A stretch of 28,376 bases of DNA from a bacterium (lineage in GTDB: Bacteria > JAMCPX01): assembly GCA_037439545.1 (NCBI GenBank), contig JBBIVV010000029.1:1-28376 (forward strand), given 5' to 3'. Position 1 is the stretch's first letter. Every line of letters begins with the position of its first letter. The position numbers and the translations under genes were made by a program. The notes beneath the pieces were generated by a model. That model made no database searches, had not been told where the DNA came from, and saw only the letters and a list, made by a program, of their open reading frames with translations. Shown piece after piece: positions 1 through 11,738 of the stretch.

Positions 1-1544
1 GTATACCTGATGTTTTTTAAGAACAAAGCCGGTATTACCCCGGTGAGCACGATTAAACCGGTTATGAGGAATGCGTCATCAAATGCATTGACCGTGGCCC
101 ACTGATGAAGATACGTTAAAAAACTGCTTCTGCCTGCTATCACGGCATCATAAAAGCTCGCCCCCTTACTCAAGGCAAAATTCGAGATCCTGTGCAGTGT
201 AACAAGGGTAACCGGGGAAGACGGAACAAACTTTCCTGCGTAGGCAGCCATGTGAAAATCTGTCCTCGCATCGAGAACAGTACCAAGCATTGCTATGCCG
301 AATGTACCGCCTGTCTGCATGATCACATTGAGCATACCCGACCCGAGATTGATCTCTTCTGGCTTCAGCGAATTGATAGCTGCGCTGGTAACAGGCGCCA
401 TGATAAAGCTGATGCCAAGCCCTCTCATCATTAAGCCTATAGCGATAAATGTATAATCGGACAGCAGTGAGAGTGAATAAAAATAATACAGAGAATAGGA
501 GGTCAAAAGGAGCCCTACTATTAAGGGAAATTTAGGTCCTATCTTATCCACTATCTTTCCCGCTATAGGCATACCGATAGATACCATGACAGCCTGCGGG
601 ATCAATAGTATACCTGTCATTGTCGCAGAATACCCCATAAGATTTTGAAAAAACAGAGGAAGCAGGAAGACGGTACCAAAAAGGGCTATCGATCTCGTAA
701 TTCCGAGAATATTAAGGAGAACAAAATTATAATTCCTGAATATGGATAGATCTATGATGGGCTTTTTAACGGTAAATTCTGTAATAATAAAAAATAGGAA
801 TGAAAAGTATGATATGGCGAATAGATTGAGGATATACCCCGATGACCACCCTTTTTCTTCACCCTTCGTAAGGGCTACTAATAAGGTACCAAGAAATAAA
901 CCGAAGGTGATGAACCCTATAAAATCGAAGCTCTTGAGAACATTTATATCGCCCTTTGCGGGCTTTAAAATACTTAAGGCCCAGAAGAATGCAAGCACAC
1001 CTATCGGTATATTGATGTAAAAAAGAGCATGCCAGCTTACATGATCGAGCAAATATCCTCCAAGGGTCGGTCCTATCGCAGGTGCAACCGTTATACCCAT
1101 GCCCCACATACCGAGCGCAAACCCCCTCTCCTCCTTCGGGAAGACCTCTGAGATCATGGTCATGCCTGTGGGCATTATATCACCGGCGCCGATTGCCTGA
1201 ATCAACCTGAATACTATCAGTGAATCAAGACTCCATGATAAACTGCAGAGAAACGAGCCTGCAACAAATAATGCAAGTTCAAGCAGAAATGCAACTTTAA
1301 GACCGACTAAATTTCTCAGCCATACTGCCAGAGGCATCAGGATTGCAAAAGCGAGCATGTATGCTGTAACGACCCATTCCACCTCTTCTGTGTTTGCTCC
1401 GAAAGCGACCATGAAATGCGGGAGTGCGACATTGACAATGGAGTTGTCGAGAACGCCCATGAAGCTGCCGATCATGACGATAGCAAGAACCCACCACTTA
1501 TATGATTTGTTGTCGCTGTCGCTGGTGTTATCGCCTACAGCCAT
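1..1544 (-). CDS. emrB: DHA2-family (EmrB/QacA) MFS drug efflux permease; 3' end runs off the window edge
   Basis: Not in the ORF track because no stop lies in the window. Minus-strand ATG at 1544 reads MAVGDNTSDSDNKSYKWWVLAIVMIGSFMGVLDNSIVNVALPHFMVAFGANTEEVEWVVTAYMLAFAIL, with the DHA2 motif LDxSIVNVALP and WVVTAY. The window edge reads ...VLTGVIPALFLKNIRY in the same frame. Overlaps the adaptor stop by 10 bp. Confidence 0.93.
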   Translation of the reverse strand, partial: MAVGDNTSDSDNKSYKWWVLAIVMIGSFMGVLDNSIVNVALPHFMVAFGANTEEVEWVVTAYMLAFAILMPLAVWLRNLVGLKVAFLLELALFVAGSFLCSLSWSLDSLIVFRLIQAIGAGDIMPTGMTMISEVFPKEERGFALGMWGMGITVAPAIGPTLGGYLLDHVSWHALFYINIPIGVLAFFWALSILKPAKGDINVLKSFDFIGFITFGLFLGTLLVALTKGEEKGWSSGYILNLFAISYFSFLFFIITEFTVKKPIIDLSIFRNYNFVLLNILGITRSIALFGTVFLLPLFFQNLMGYSATMTGILLIPQAVMVSIGMPIAGKIVDKIGPKFPLIVGLLLTSYSLYYFYSLSLLSDYTFIAIGLMMRGLGISFIMAPVTSAAINSLKPEEINLGSGMLNVIMQTGGTFGIAMLGTVLDARTDFHMAAYAGKFVPSSPVTLVTLHRISNFALSKGASFYDAVIAGRSSFLTYLHQWATVNAFDDAFLITGLIVLTGVIPALFLKNIRY

Positions 1545-2497
1545 GAAAATTTTCTTGTATGGATCTTCACTTCTACGGACATACCGGGTCTTAAAATATA
1601 TCCCTGCGTATCTACGGCGATCTTAACGGGCACACGCTGGACAATTTTGATAAAGGTGCCGGAAGGATTCTCAGACGGTATTACCGAATAGGCGCCTATC
1701 GTTTCAGCTTGTATATGAAGTACTGTTCCCGTAAAAGTAATACCAGGGTAGGTATCGACATTTATATCAACTTTTTGTCCCGGTTTTACGGTTCCTACAT
1801 GTGTCTCTTTTATATTTGCTTCTATCCATACGTCATTGAGGTCGACGAGACCAAAGACCGGCTCACCAGGTGACATGTTCTGTCCTCTATTCGCATATCT
1901 CTGTGCAACCGTGCCGCTTATAGGGCTTTTTAATACGATACCTTCAAGTCTGTTATAGGTAGCATCCAAAATATTTTTAGCAAGCGCCAGGGTAACCTGA
2001 GCAGACTCATATTGTGTTTTTGTCACTTCATATCTGGTTTTGGCATCCAGGAGGTTCTGTTCGCTTGTTCCGCCTTTCCTGTATATACGCTCGAGCCTTT
2101 CTTTATTTTTCTGATCATCGGTCAACTGGGCATTCAAGGTGCCCACAGCGGTTTTTGCCTTCTCATACTGGATACTCGCTTCTGCACGGGCTGATTTCAG
2201 ATCTTTATCCGTGATTATGCCGGATAATGTGACAACCGCAAGCGGCTGGTCCTTTCCTACAGAGTCTCCCTCATCCGCATTGAGCTGTGAAATATATGCC
2301 GGCAGAGGCGAACTTATGATAATAAGATGCGCATCTACCTGAGCATCCTCTGTATAAGCGAAATTCGCCCAATATCTCCACCAGAAAAGACCGAAGATGA
2401 TACCGACGATTATAAGGAGCCCGGGCACATATACCCTTGGCTGGCTCAACATTTTCTTTTTACTTTTTCCTGAGTGTAATTTCTCCGCTTCGTCCAT
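1535..2497 (-). CDS. emrA: HlyD/EmrA-family periplasmic adaptor subunit
   Basis: N-terminal TM, YTEDAQVDAH, coiled coil, SPISGTV lipoyl-like motif, ENPSGTFIKIVQRVPVKI and LRPGMSVEV, typical of EmrA. Confidence 0.92.
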   Translation of the reverse strand: MDEAEKLHSGKSKKKMLSQPRVYVPGLLIIVGIIFGLFWWRYWANFAYTEDAQVDAHLIIISSPLPAYISQLNADEGDSVGKDQPLAVVTLSGIITDKDLKSARAEASIQYEKAKTAVGTLNAQLTDDQKNKERLERIYRKGGTSEQNLLDAKTRYEVTKTQYESAQVTLALAKNILDATYNRLEGIVLKSPISGTVAQRYANRGQNMSPGEPVFGLVDLNDVWIEANIKETHVGTVKPGQKVDINVDTYPGITFTGTVLHIQAETIGAYSVIPSENPSGTFIKIVQRVPVKIAVDTQGYILRPGMSVEVKIHTRKFSWL

Positions 2498-2615
2498 AGT
2501 GTGTTTTCCTTTCTCTTCTAAAAGATTATTTGTTCACTTAAAATCCGTGTTATACCGCCTGTTGCCACTTGGCAGGGGAATTACGACGGCGTGAGTGCAG
2601 GGACAATCCCAGCCC

Positions 2616-3950
2616 CTACATCTGCATCTGTGCAGAACCTATGATCCTTTCCAGATCTGCAATCGCGAGCAGGTAATTATATTTTGCCCTTATATAATTC
2701 ATCTGGGCCTCTTTAAGACCGAGGTTCGAATTGAGCACATCGAGGTTCGTCGCCATGCCTATTCTGTACTGCTCTTCTGCTATACTCTCCGCTTTTTGCG
2801 CCGTATTAAGGGCATCCTGGGCTGATTTTATTTCCTGCTCCGCAACCTGTGCATTGGAATAAGCTGCTTCCGTGGAAATGTTTATATTGTCCTCAGTTTG
2901 CGATTTGAGAAATACAAGTTTATAATAATTGGAGTAAGTCTCTTTTACTCTTCCGACATCACTGCCTCCGTTAAACAAGGGTATGGAAAGGACAAGCTCC
3001 GCCTGATATATATCCTGCCATGCACCGGTGAAATGATTGGTAAGCCAATTGTAATTTCCGGCAAGTGCCAATGTCGGCGAAAACCTTCCCAGCGCCATCT
3101 TTCTGTAATCATTTACCGCATCTAACTGCTTCTTTATTATTTTTAATTGATAGTTGTTCTCTTTTGCCTGGTTCTCATAAAAGACCAGTGTATCGGAAAA
3201 TTGCGGCAATGTTACGTTTGAATTCGCGCAGATATCAGCCGTAAAAGCTCCGCCCAGCAGATTTTTGAGTGCAAGCCCGGCTATGGTAACATTGTTCTTC
3301 GCACCTATGATCTGCGGCTGGAGGTTTGAAAGACTCACGCTGGCATTCAGCATGTCGAGCTCCGATGACTCCCCGGCACTGTATCTATCTTTCGTGATCC
3401 TTAAATGTTCGGTTGCAAGATCGATGGAATGCTGTAAGACATCAACTGATTCCGCTGCGAGAAGAAAATTATAGTAAGCCTTTTTGACCTGATATACGAC
3501 ATCCTGCTTTTCCGCCTGCTCAGCCTCACTCGCAGATTCATAAAGGCTTTTTGCAGCGCTGTAATTGTGCCAGAGCATACCGCCCGCGAATAATGTCCAC
3601 GTGCCGTTGAATCCGGCATTGTAATCAAATGTACTGTCTATCTTAACGTTTAACGGAGCGGCGGGGAAATTAGGTCCAAACGAACCTGCCGGTATCGGGA
3701 TCAGCGGCACTTGATGCGTAAACGTATAAATACCATTCGCGGTAATGGTCGGCAAAAAACCGCCTCCTGCTTCAAGAAGTCTTGCCTTTGCGGCATTCTT
3801 CTCTTCCTGCGCCTGTTTGATTGATTTATTGTTGTTTAGTGCAAGTCTTACGGATTCATCAAGACCCAGTTGTTCGCACGCCATTGCCCTGCTGTACGGT
3901 ACAAGAGTCATAGACAAAAATAAACCAAGCAACCAATTTTTTTTCTTCAT
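2616..3950 (-). CDS. TolC-family outer membrane efflux channel
   Basis: Signal peptide and two OEP repeats (ALNNNKSI...FLPTITA; FSPTLAL...LSIPLFNGG; YRIGMATNLDVL), located in an efflux operon. Confidence 0.93.
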   Translation of the reverse strand: MKKKNWLLGLFLSMTLVPYSRAMACEQLGLDESVRLALNNNKSIKQAQEEKNAAKARLLEAGGGFLPTITANGIYTFTHQVPLIPIPAGSFGPNFPAAPLNVKIDSTFDYNAGFNGTWTLFAGGMLWHNYSAAKSLYESASEAEQAEKQDVVYQVKKAYYNFLLAAESVDVLQHSIDLATEHLRITKDRYSAGESSELDMLNASVSLSNLQPQIIGAKNNVTIAGLALKNLLGGAFTADICANSNVTLPQFSDTLVFYENQAKENNYQLKIIKKQLDAVNDYRKMALGRFSPTLALAGNYNWLTNHFTGAWQDIYQAELVLSIPLFNGGSDVGRVKETYSNYYKLVFLKSQTEDNINISTEAAYSNAQVAEQEIKSAQDALNTAQKAESIAEEQYRIGMATNLDVLNSNLGLKEAQMNYIRAKYNYLLAIADLERIIGSAQMQM

Positions 3951-4576
3951 ACATCTCCTCGTTTCACATTTAATATACCGGGTAATATAATACCGACTAT
4001 GCCTTCTGCAACATCGGAGGGTGTCAGGGTCAGCTTATGAACAGTTCCCCTGTGTATAATGTACTGTATCGCTCCAAAAATCATGGAATTTAAAATCTCC
4101 GTATCGATTTCAGGTTTTATCTCGCCCGTTTGTTTTGATTTCTCGATAAGTCCTTTTATCTCATCGCCCTTCTCCATGAAATCACTCACAAACCGCTTCT
4201 TTACTTTGGTGGCGACTGTCTTTTTAACGTTTGTCCATTCAGAAAACACGATACCGAAAAATTCCTTGTTGCTGGTGAAATATTCAATCCATGCTTTTAT
4301 TATAATGGATATTCCTTCGACAAAGGTACAATCCTCTTTCAAACGATCGCTGTAGAATTGATGGAACTCGTTCAGTTTATAAAGGATAGCATTGTAGTAA
4401 AGGTCGTCTTTGCTCTTGAAATACTGATATATCGTTCCCACGCCCATCTCGACCACTTTGGCAATATCCTGCATTTTGGCTTCATAAAAACCTTTCTCGG
4501 AGAAAACCTTTATGGAGGCTTCTATGATTTCCTGATTTTTTCTAAGTTTTTCTCTTTCTCTTCTCGTTAATTTCAC
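3947..4576 (-). CDS. TetR/AcrR-family transcriptional repressor
   Basis: IIEASIKVFSEKGFYEAKMQDIAKVVEMGVGTIYQYFKSKDDL TetR HTH, GTG start, 4-bp overlap with the tolC-like gene. Confidence 0.95.
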   Translation of the reverse strand: MKLTRREREKLRKNQEIIEASIKVFSEKGFYEAKMQDIAKVVEMGVGTIYQYFKSKDDLYYNAILYKLNEFHQFYSDRLKEDCTFVEGISIIIKAWIEYFTSNKEFFGIVFSEWTNVKKTVATKVKKRFVSDFMEKGDEIKGLIEKSKQTGEIKPEIDTEILNSMIFGAIQYIIHRGTVHKLTLTPSDVAEGIVGIILPGILNVKRGDV

Positions 4577-4619
4577 TTTTTAAATCTCAATTCATTTTAT
4601 GAACTTTGCTTCTGGTACA

Positions 4620-4648
4620 AGAATAACCATTCGGTTATACGATGTCAA
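4620..4648 (-). promoter_or_regulatory. sigma70 promoter of the efflux operon with a palindromic TetR-type operator in the spacer
   Basis: Minus strand TTGACA (4648-4643) N17 TATTCT (4625-4620). Inverted repeat ATAACC-ATTC-GGTTAT at 4623-4638 overlaps the spacer and -10. Confidence 0.75.
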
Positions 4649-4654
4649 GTCCAT

Positions 4655-4682
4655 TTGACTATTTATGCAGTATCGTTATAAT
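4655..4682 (+). promoter_or_regulatory. sigma70 promoter for PilZ-XRE-gyrB
   Basis: TTGACT (4655-4660) N16 TATAAT (4677-4682), back-to-back with the efflux promoter. Confidence 0.65.
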
Positions 4683-4690
4683 GGGGAATA

Positions 4691-5024
4691 ATGGAACGAA
4701 GAAAATTTCACAGGAATAAAATAAAGGTGATGATTGACTTCCTTGACGGGAGCGACATAGAAGTCGGATATACTAAGGACATAAGCCTTGGCGGCATGTT
4801 TTTAGAAACCACCAGACTTTCGAAGAACGGCAACATGGTTTTCCTCGATTTTTTTCTGCCGGGGGTAAGGAAAAAATTTAAATTAAAGGGTAAGGTTATC
4901 CGGGTGAATGGGAATCAGGCAGGAGAACAAAAAGATCATTTTGGAATGGGAATCGAGTTTGTCAATATGGATAACAATCATAAAGCTGATTTGGAAATCG
5001 GCTTAAAGAGTACAAGGGAGGAAT

Positions 5025-5038
<14 letters not shown>
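4691..5038 (+). CDS. Single-domain PilZ protein (c-di-GMP receptor)
   Basis: RxxxR motif (ERRKFHR), DxSxxG motif (DISLGG) and C-terminal GMGIEF strand. Confidence 0.88.
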
Positions 5039-7837
<2,799 letters not shown>

Positions 7838-7839
7838 TT

Positions 7840-7980
7840 ATGGCAATAAAAGATTCATTAAAAAAACATAAGGCTGAAGTATATCTTGCTCTCCTTGCAG
7901 CTTATTCGGTCATACTGGCTCTCGGTGCTATCAGCGAGGTATTCAATCTCGGCTGGTTCCGGTGGCTCGGGCCCTGGTAA
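7840..7980 (+). CDS. 46-aa predicted single-pass membrane microprotein (below the ORF-track cutoff)
   Basis: ATG 2 bp after the gyrB stop. MAIKDSLKKHKAEVYLALLAAYSVILALGAISEVFNLGWFRWLGPW has a basic N-terminus, a hydrophobic helix and a Trp-rich end, and fills the gyrB-folE2 gap. Confidence 0.65.
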   Translation: MAIKDSLKKHKAEVYLALLAAYSVILALGAISEVFNLGWFRWLGPW

Positions 7981-7995
7981 TTGCCGTCAGAGCGT

Positions 7996-8796
7996 TTATT
8001 CGGACTCTACATACGCATACACATTGTGGTTGTGGATAGATTCAAGGTTCTCAGCCTCTACGGAAAAATTTATAATTTTCCCGTTCTTTTTTAACTTCCT
8101 TGCAACCTCTCTCACCACATCCTCCACAAACATCGGATTGTCATAAGCATGCTCGGTTATATATTTTTCATCCGGTCTTTTGAGCAGTGAATATAACTGG
8201 CTTGAGGTAGAACCTTCGACAACCCCGACGATCTCCTCTATCCATACAAGTCCTTTGAACCGCAGATGGACGGTAACGAAACTCCTCTGGTTATGTGCAC
8301 CGTATTTACTGATTTCTTTCGAGCAGGGGCATAACGTCAGCACCGGCACCCTGACCACGAGTATAAAATCCGTCCCCTTCCCGTTTCTCACGCCTATAAA
8401 CTTGCAGTTATACTCCATAAGGCTGTGTGCATGTGTCACGGGCGCCTTTTTCTCGATAAAATAAGGGAACTCAATCTCAAGATGCGCTGACCTGGCATTG
8501 AACCTCTTTTGCATTTTCTCCAGTAGAGCGGGATAATCCCTTATATTTATGTTGCCCCTGTGTTCATTGAGGATTTCAACAAACCTGCTCATGTGTGTGC
8601 CTTTAAACTGTTTTGGCAGATCTACAAACATATTTATGCTTGCGATTGTGTGTTGTATATCATTTGCCCTATCAAGGACCGTAATAGGATACCTAATATT
8701 TTTAATGCCGACCTTGTCTATGCCGATGCCCCTATTATCAAAGGTATTCTGGATATCCTTCATTAAACTTTCAGACATTTTAACCCTTGAACTCAT
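7996..8796 (-). CDS. folE2: GTP cyclohydrolase IB (FolE2)
   Basis: DIQN, IDKVGIK, KGTHMSRF, TLCPCSKEISKYGAHNQRS, LLKRPDEK, NPMFVEDVVR, ESIHNHN. Confidence 0.96.
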   Translation of the reverse strand: MSSRVKMSESLMKDIQNTFDNRGIGIDKVGIKNIRYPITVLDRANDIQHTIASINMFVDLPKQFKGTHMSRFVEILNEHRGNINIRDYPALLEKMQKRFNARSAHLEIEFPYFIEKKAPVTHAHSLMEYNCKFIGVRNGKGTDFILVVRVPVLTLCPCSKEISKYGAHNQRSFVTVHLRFKGLVWIEEIVGVVEGSTSSQLYSLLKRPDEKYITEHAYDNPMFVEDVVREVARKLKKNGKIINFSVEAENLESIHNHNVYAYVESE

Positions 8797-9161
8797 TTAT
8801 CCGTCCTGTAAAGCGCCCAGTTATCGTCCGACTCCCATACCTTGACATACCTTAAACGAATCGTTCCGGCGAACTGGTGCGAGAGTTCAGTATAAATATA
8901 CTCTGCTATGTTTTCTGCCGATGGGTCTTTGCTTCTGAACGGCTCTGTCTCATTCAGATAGATATGGTCCATCGATTTGATGATCTCATCGACCTTCTGC
9001 TTAAACAGCACGAAATCGATAAGCATGCCATTGACAAGAGAATCGCCGTACACAACGATTTCAACCTTATAGTTATGTCCATGAAGGCCTTCGCATTTGC
9101 CGTTATAATGCATCAGTCTGTGAGCAGAAGAGAATTTGCGTGTAATGCCTATTTCATACAT
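8793..9161 (-). CDS. queD: 6-carboxy-5,6,7,8-tetrahydropterin synthase (QueD/PTPS)
   Basis: FSSAHRL, CEGLHGHNY, MDHIYLN, PSAENIA, VWES; ATGA overlap with folE2. Confidence 0.93.
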   Translation of the reverse strand: MYEIGITRKFSSAHRLMHYNGKCEGLHGHNYKVEIVVYGDSLVNGMLIDFVLFKQKVDEIIKSMDHIYLNETEPFRSKDPSAENIAEYIYTELSHQFAGTIRLRYVKVWESDDNWALYRTDK

Positions 9162-9165
9162 AAGG

Positions 9166-9801
9166 TTATTCTCTTCCGAAAACCATTATCCTTCTCAAGG
9201 AGCCGTCGGGCAGGTTCGTCACCAGTTCATCGATCTGCCGGAAGCCTTTCATGTCATTCACATCTTCTATTTTTCTCGATTTCATTGCAATAAGTTTACC
9301 ACCATTTTTTAAATAAGGTAAAGACAGTGATGCAAGCTCGGGCAACTGGAACGCTGCCCTTGATATCACCACATCAAAACTCCTGCCCATAAGCTCCTGA
9401 AAATTTTCAGCCTCTGCCCTCTGGTGTATCGCAGTCGTGCCGCTGAGCTTCAGAAGGGTTATCATACTGTTTATAAAATTTATCTTTTTTGATCGTGCGT
9501 CAAGCATTACCAGTTTTACGGAAGGCTTTACGATCTTAATCGGCATCCCCGGGAACCCTGCCCCGCTGCCGATATCGAGTATGAAATCCTCGTTTCCTAT
9601 AAACTTTAATGGCGTCAATGAATCTATAAAATGCTTCACGGTAATACCGGATTCATCCCGAATGGCCGTCAAATCGACAACTTTATTCCATCGTATAAGC
9701 TCATCTATGAATAGTCCGAATGCATCAAGACATGCATCGATATCACTTACATGGTTATCATGAAGAAATGTTCGTAAGAGCTCTTTGTTCTTAGAAATCA
9801 T
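9166..9801 (-). CDS. rsmG: 16S rRNA m7G527 methyltransferase
   Basis: WNKVVDLTAI, KHFIDSL, LDIGSGAGFPGMP, RAE, VISRA. Confidence 0.95.
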   Translation of the reverse strand: MISKNKELLRTFLHDNHVSDIDACLDAFGLFIDELIRWNKVVDLTAIRDESGITVKHFIDSLTPLKFIGNEDFILDIGSGAGFPGMPIKIVKPSVKLVMLDARSKKINFINSMITLLKLSGTTAIHQRAEAENFQELMGRSFDVVISRAAFQLPELASLSLPYLKNGGKLIAMKSRKIEDVNDMKGFRQIDELVTNLPDGSLRRIMVFGRE

Positions 9802-9840
9802 ACTCTACAGGACCCGCGTCCGATCAAATACATTTTTTGG

Positions 9841-10527
9841 TCAATAGCGTTGCGGTTTTACCTTTCGGATCATCATGTCCCTGTAAACAACCATCTTTGC
9901 CGGCAGCAGTTTGATATACCCTTTTCTTTGCCATGATGACAGTATCCTTGATACTGTTTCCCTTGTCGTACCTATCGCACTTGCGATATCCTGTCTTTTT
10001 ATATTATGCGAGATTACCGTGTAATAGTCTTCTTTCCTGCCATCCGTTTTCATTAGCCTGTCTATATATTTCATTAATCTGTCATACACATTCAACAGGG
10101 CAAAATCCTCTATCATCGCATCTGCCTCTCTGACCCTTATGCTCATGTCCTTTAAAATCTTTATTGCTATTACCGGATATGCACGCAGAACGCTTAAAAA
10201 ATCGTTTCGTTTCAGTACAATAAAATCAGTATCTTCAATGGTCACGGCATTTGCGGAGCGCGGCATACCGTCGAGCAGGGACATCTCCCCGAAAAATTGT
10301 CCCGACTTCAGGACCGCGAGCGTCAGTTCCCTGCCTGCCGGCGAATACAGGTATATCCTCACTCCGCCCCTTAAGATAAAATACATGGCATCCCCAGGAT
10401 CGTCCTGATGGAACAGCTCTACACTTTTATTTATTTGCTGCTTTTTCACATACTGTGAGAGCTTCTCCATTTCACCTTCGGTCAGTTCTGAAAATATGCC
10501 GATCTTTTTTATCTCGTACTTGATCAT
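9841..10527 (-). CDS. Crp/Fnr-family regulator with cNMP-binding domain (CRP/GlxR type)
   Basis: GQFFGEMSLLDGMPRSANA phosphate-binding cassette and QDIASAIGTTRETVSRILS HTH; no FNR-type Cys cluster. Start reassigned to ATG 10527; the track's GTG at 10626 adds an unconserved-looking extension. Confidence 0.92.
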   Translation of the reverse strand: MIKYEIKKIGIFSELTEGEMEKLSQYVKKQQINKSVELFHQDDPGDAMYFILRGGVRIYLYSPAGRELTLAVLKSGQFFGEMSLLDGMPRSANAVTIEDTDFIVLKRNDFLSVLRAYPVIAIKILKDMSIRVREADAMIEDFALLNVYDRLMKYIDRLMKTDGRKEDYYTVISHNIKRQDIASAIGTTRETVSRILSSWQRKGYIKLLPAKMVVYRDMMIRKVKPQRY

Positions 10528-10731
10528 GTTTGATTGAAACATTATACAGGGGGCATTGTCAACCATGCTGAAAGGCTTTATGAGAACTTGTAATCCATCC
10601 CGAACATACTGTTTCACCTGCCTCACCCTTTGTAACTACCCGAGCCTTCTTCATGACATGAGGACCACTTTCTGACTGTCATCTTTGATAATAATTGAAT
10701 TTTCTTTAATATGAGTTATTTTATAATGATT

Positions 10732-11649
10732 ATGGATTATACTATTGCAGCAAGGACACATATAAATACTTTCCCCGATTTTGTCGATGTTGATATCAAG
10801 ATGAAGCAATACTTTGATGAACTGTTAAGGATAAATCCTCCACAGGCATCCGAGTATCTCTTTACGAACATCTTTATCTGGAGATATCTGTATAAATTTA
10901 AAGTATGTCTTCTGGATTCAAGTCTTTGCGTTAATGGCATTGACCGGAGCGGGATGGAATTTTTTATGATAATAGCAAAAGATATAACCGCATACATGAA
11001 TGCAATAAAACATCTCTCCTCCTTATATAAGAGCGACGGTAAATCATTAAAATTATTCAGGGTGGAAGAACAGCTCATTGAACCATTGAAACAGGAATTT
11101 CCGTCTATGTCCTATGAGTATGACAGGGACAACTCGGACTATATTTATCTGTCGTCAGACCTTGCAGGCCTCAAGGGCAGGAAGTATGACGGAAAGCGCA
11201 ATCACATAAAACGATTTAAAGACAATTATAAGTTTGAATACAAGCCAATCACAGAGGAATTCATAGATGACTGTATACGGCTTACGGAACTATGGTACAG
11301 GACAAAAGATGATGAAAGCCTCACTCCGGATATTGTTGCCACAAAAGAAGCACTCACCAATTATGCGGCATTAGGATTGAAGGGCGGTGTCATTATCATT
11401 GATGGGCAGGTCAAGGCATTTTCCATAGCGGAACAACTCAACGGCGACACAGCGGTAATACATATAGAGAAATACGACTCTGCATACGAGGGCATTTCCC
11501 AGATGATAAACCAGCAATTATGTGCAAATACTTGCAGTGCCTATAAGTACATCAATCGTGAGCAGGACATGGGAATCGAGGGATTGAGGAAGTCAAAATT
11601 ATCATACAATCCCGTACTGATATTGAACAAATACAGGATCAGTATCTAA
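10732..11649 (+). CDS. DUF2156 / phosphatidylglycerol lysyltransferase C-terminal-like soluble GNAT-fold protein
   Basis: DYIYLSSDLAGLKGRKYDGKRNHIKRF, HIEK, INREQDMGIEGLRKSKLSYNP. Start uncertain (10711-10801). Confidence 0.85.
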   Translation: MDYTIAARTHINTFPDFVDVDIKMKQYFDELLRINPPQASEYLFTNIFIWRYLYKFKVCLLDSSLCVNGIDRSGMEFFMIIAKDITAYMNAIKHLSSLYKSDGKSLKLFRVEEQLIEPLKQEFPSMSYEYDRDNSDYIYLSSDLAGLKGRKYDGKRNHIKRFKDNYKFEYKPITEEFIDDCIRLTELWYRTKDDESLTPDIVATKEALTNYAALGLKGGVIIIDGQVKAFSIAEQLNGDTAVIHIEKYDSAYEGISQMINQQLCANTCSAYKYINREQDMGIEGLRKSKLSYNPVLILNKYRISI

Positions 11650-11738
11650 AGCTGCACGAGCAGATTAAATCAGTATTGTTGTGTTCTTATGATTGTGCTA
11701 TAAACTGTGGAATTGTACAATATTCTGGAGGCAATAAA

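Noticed and set aside
2498..2615. Imperfect hairpins in the tolC-emrA spacer
   Set aside because: Short stems, no U-tract and no recognisable RNA family.
7886..8146. 86-aa plus-strand ORF after gyrB
   Set aside because: TTG start and 150-bp antisense overlap with folE2; the 46-aa ORF at 7840 fits the gap better.
10541..10562. Perfect TTGACA and TATAAT hexamers upstream of crp as one promoter
   Set aside because: Only 10 bp apart, incompatible with a single sigma70 promoter; each may belong to a different weaker pairing.
11650..11738. BirA operator upstream of bioB
   Set aside because: No TGTAAAC-N14/16-GTTTACA-type dyad found.
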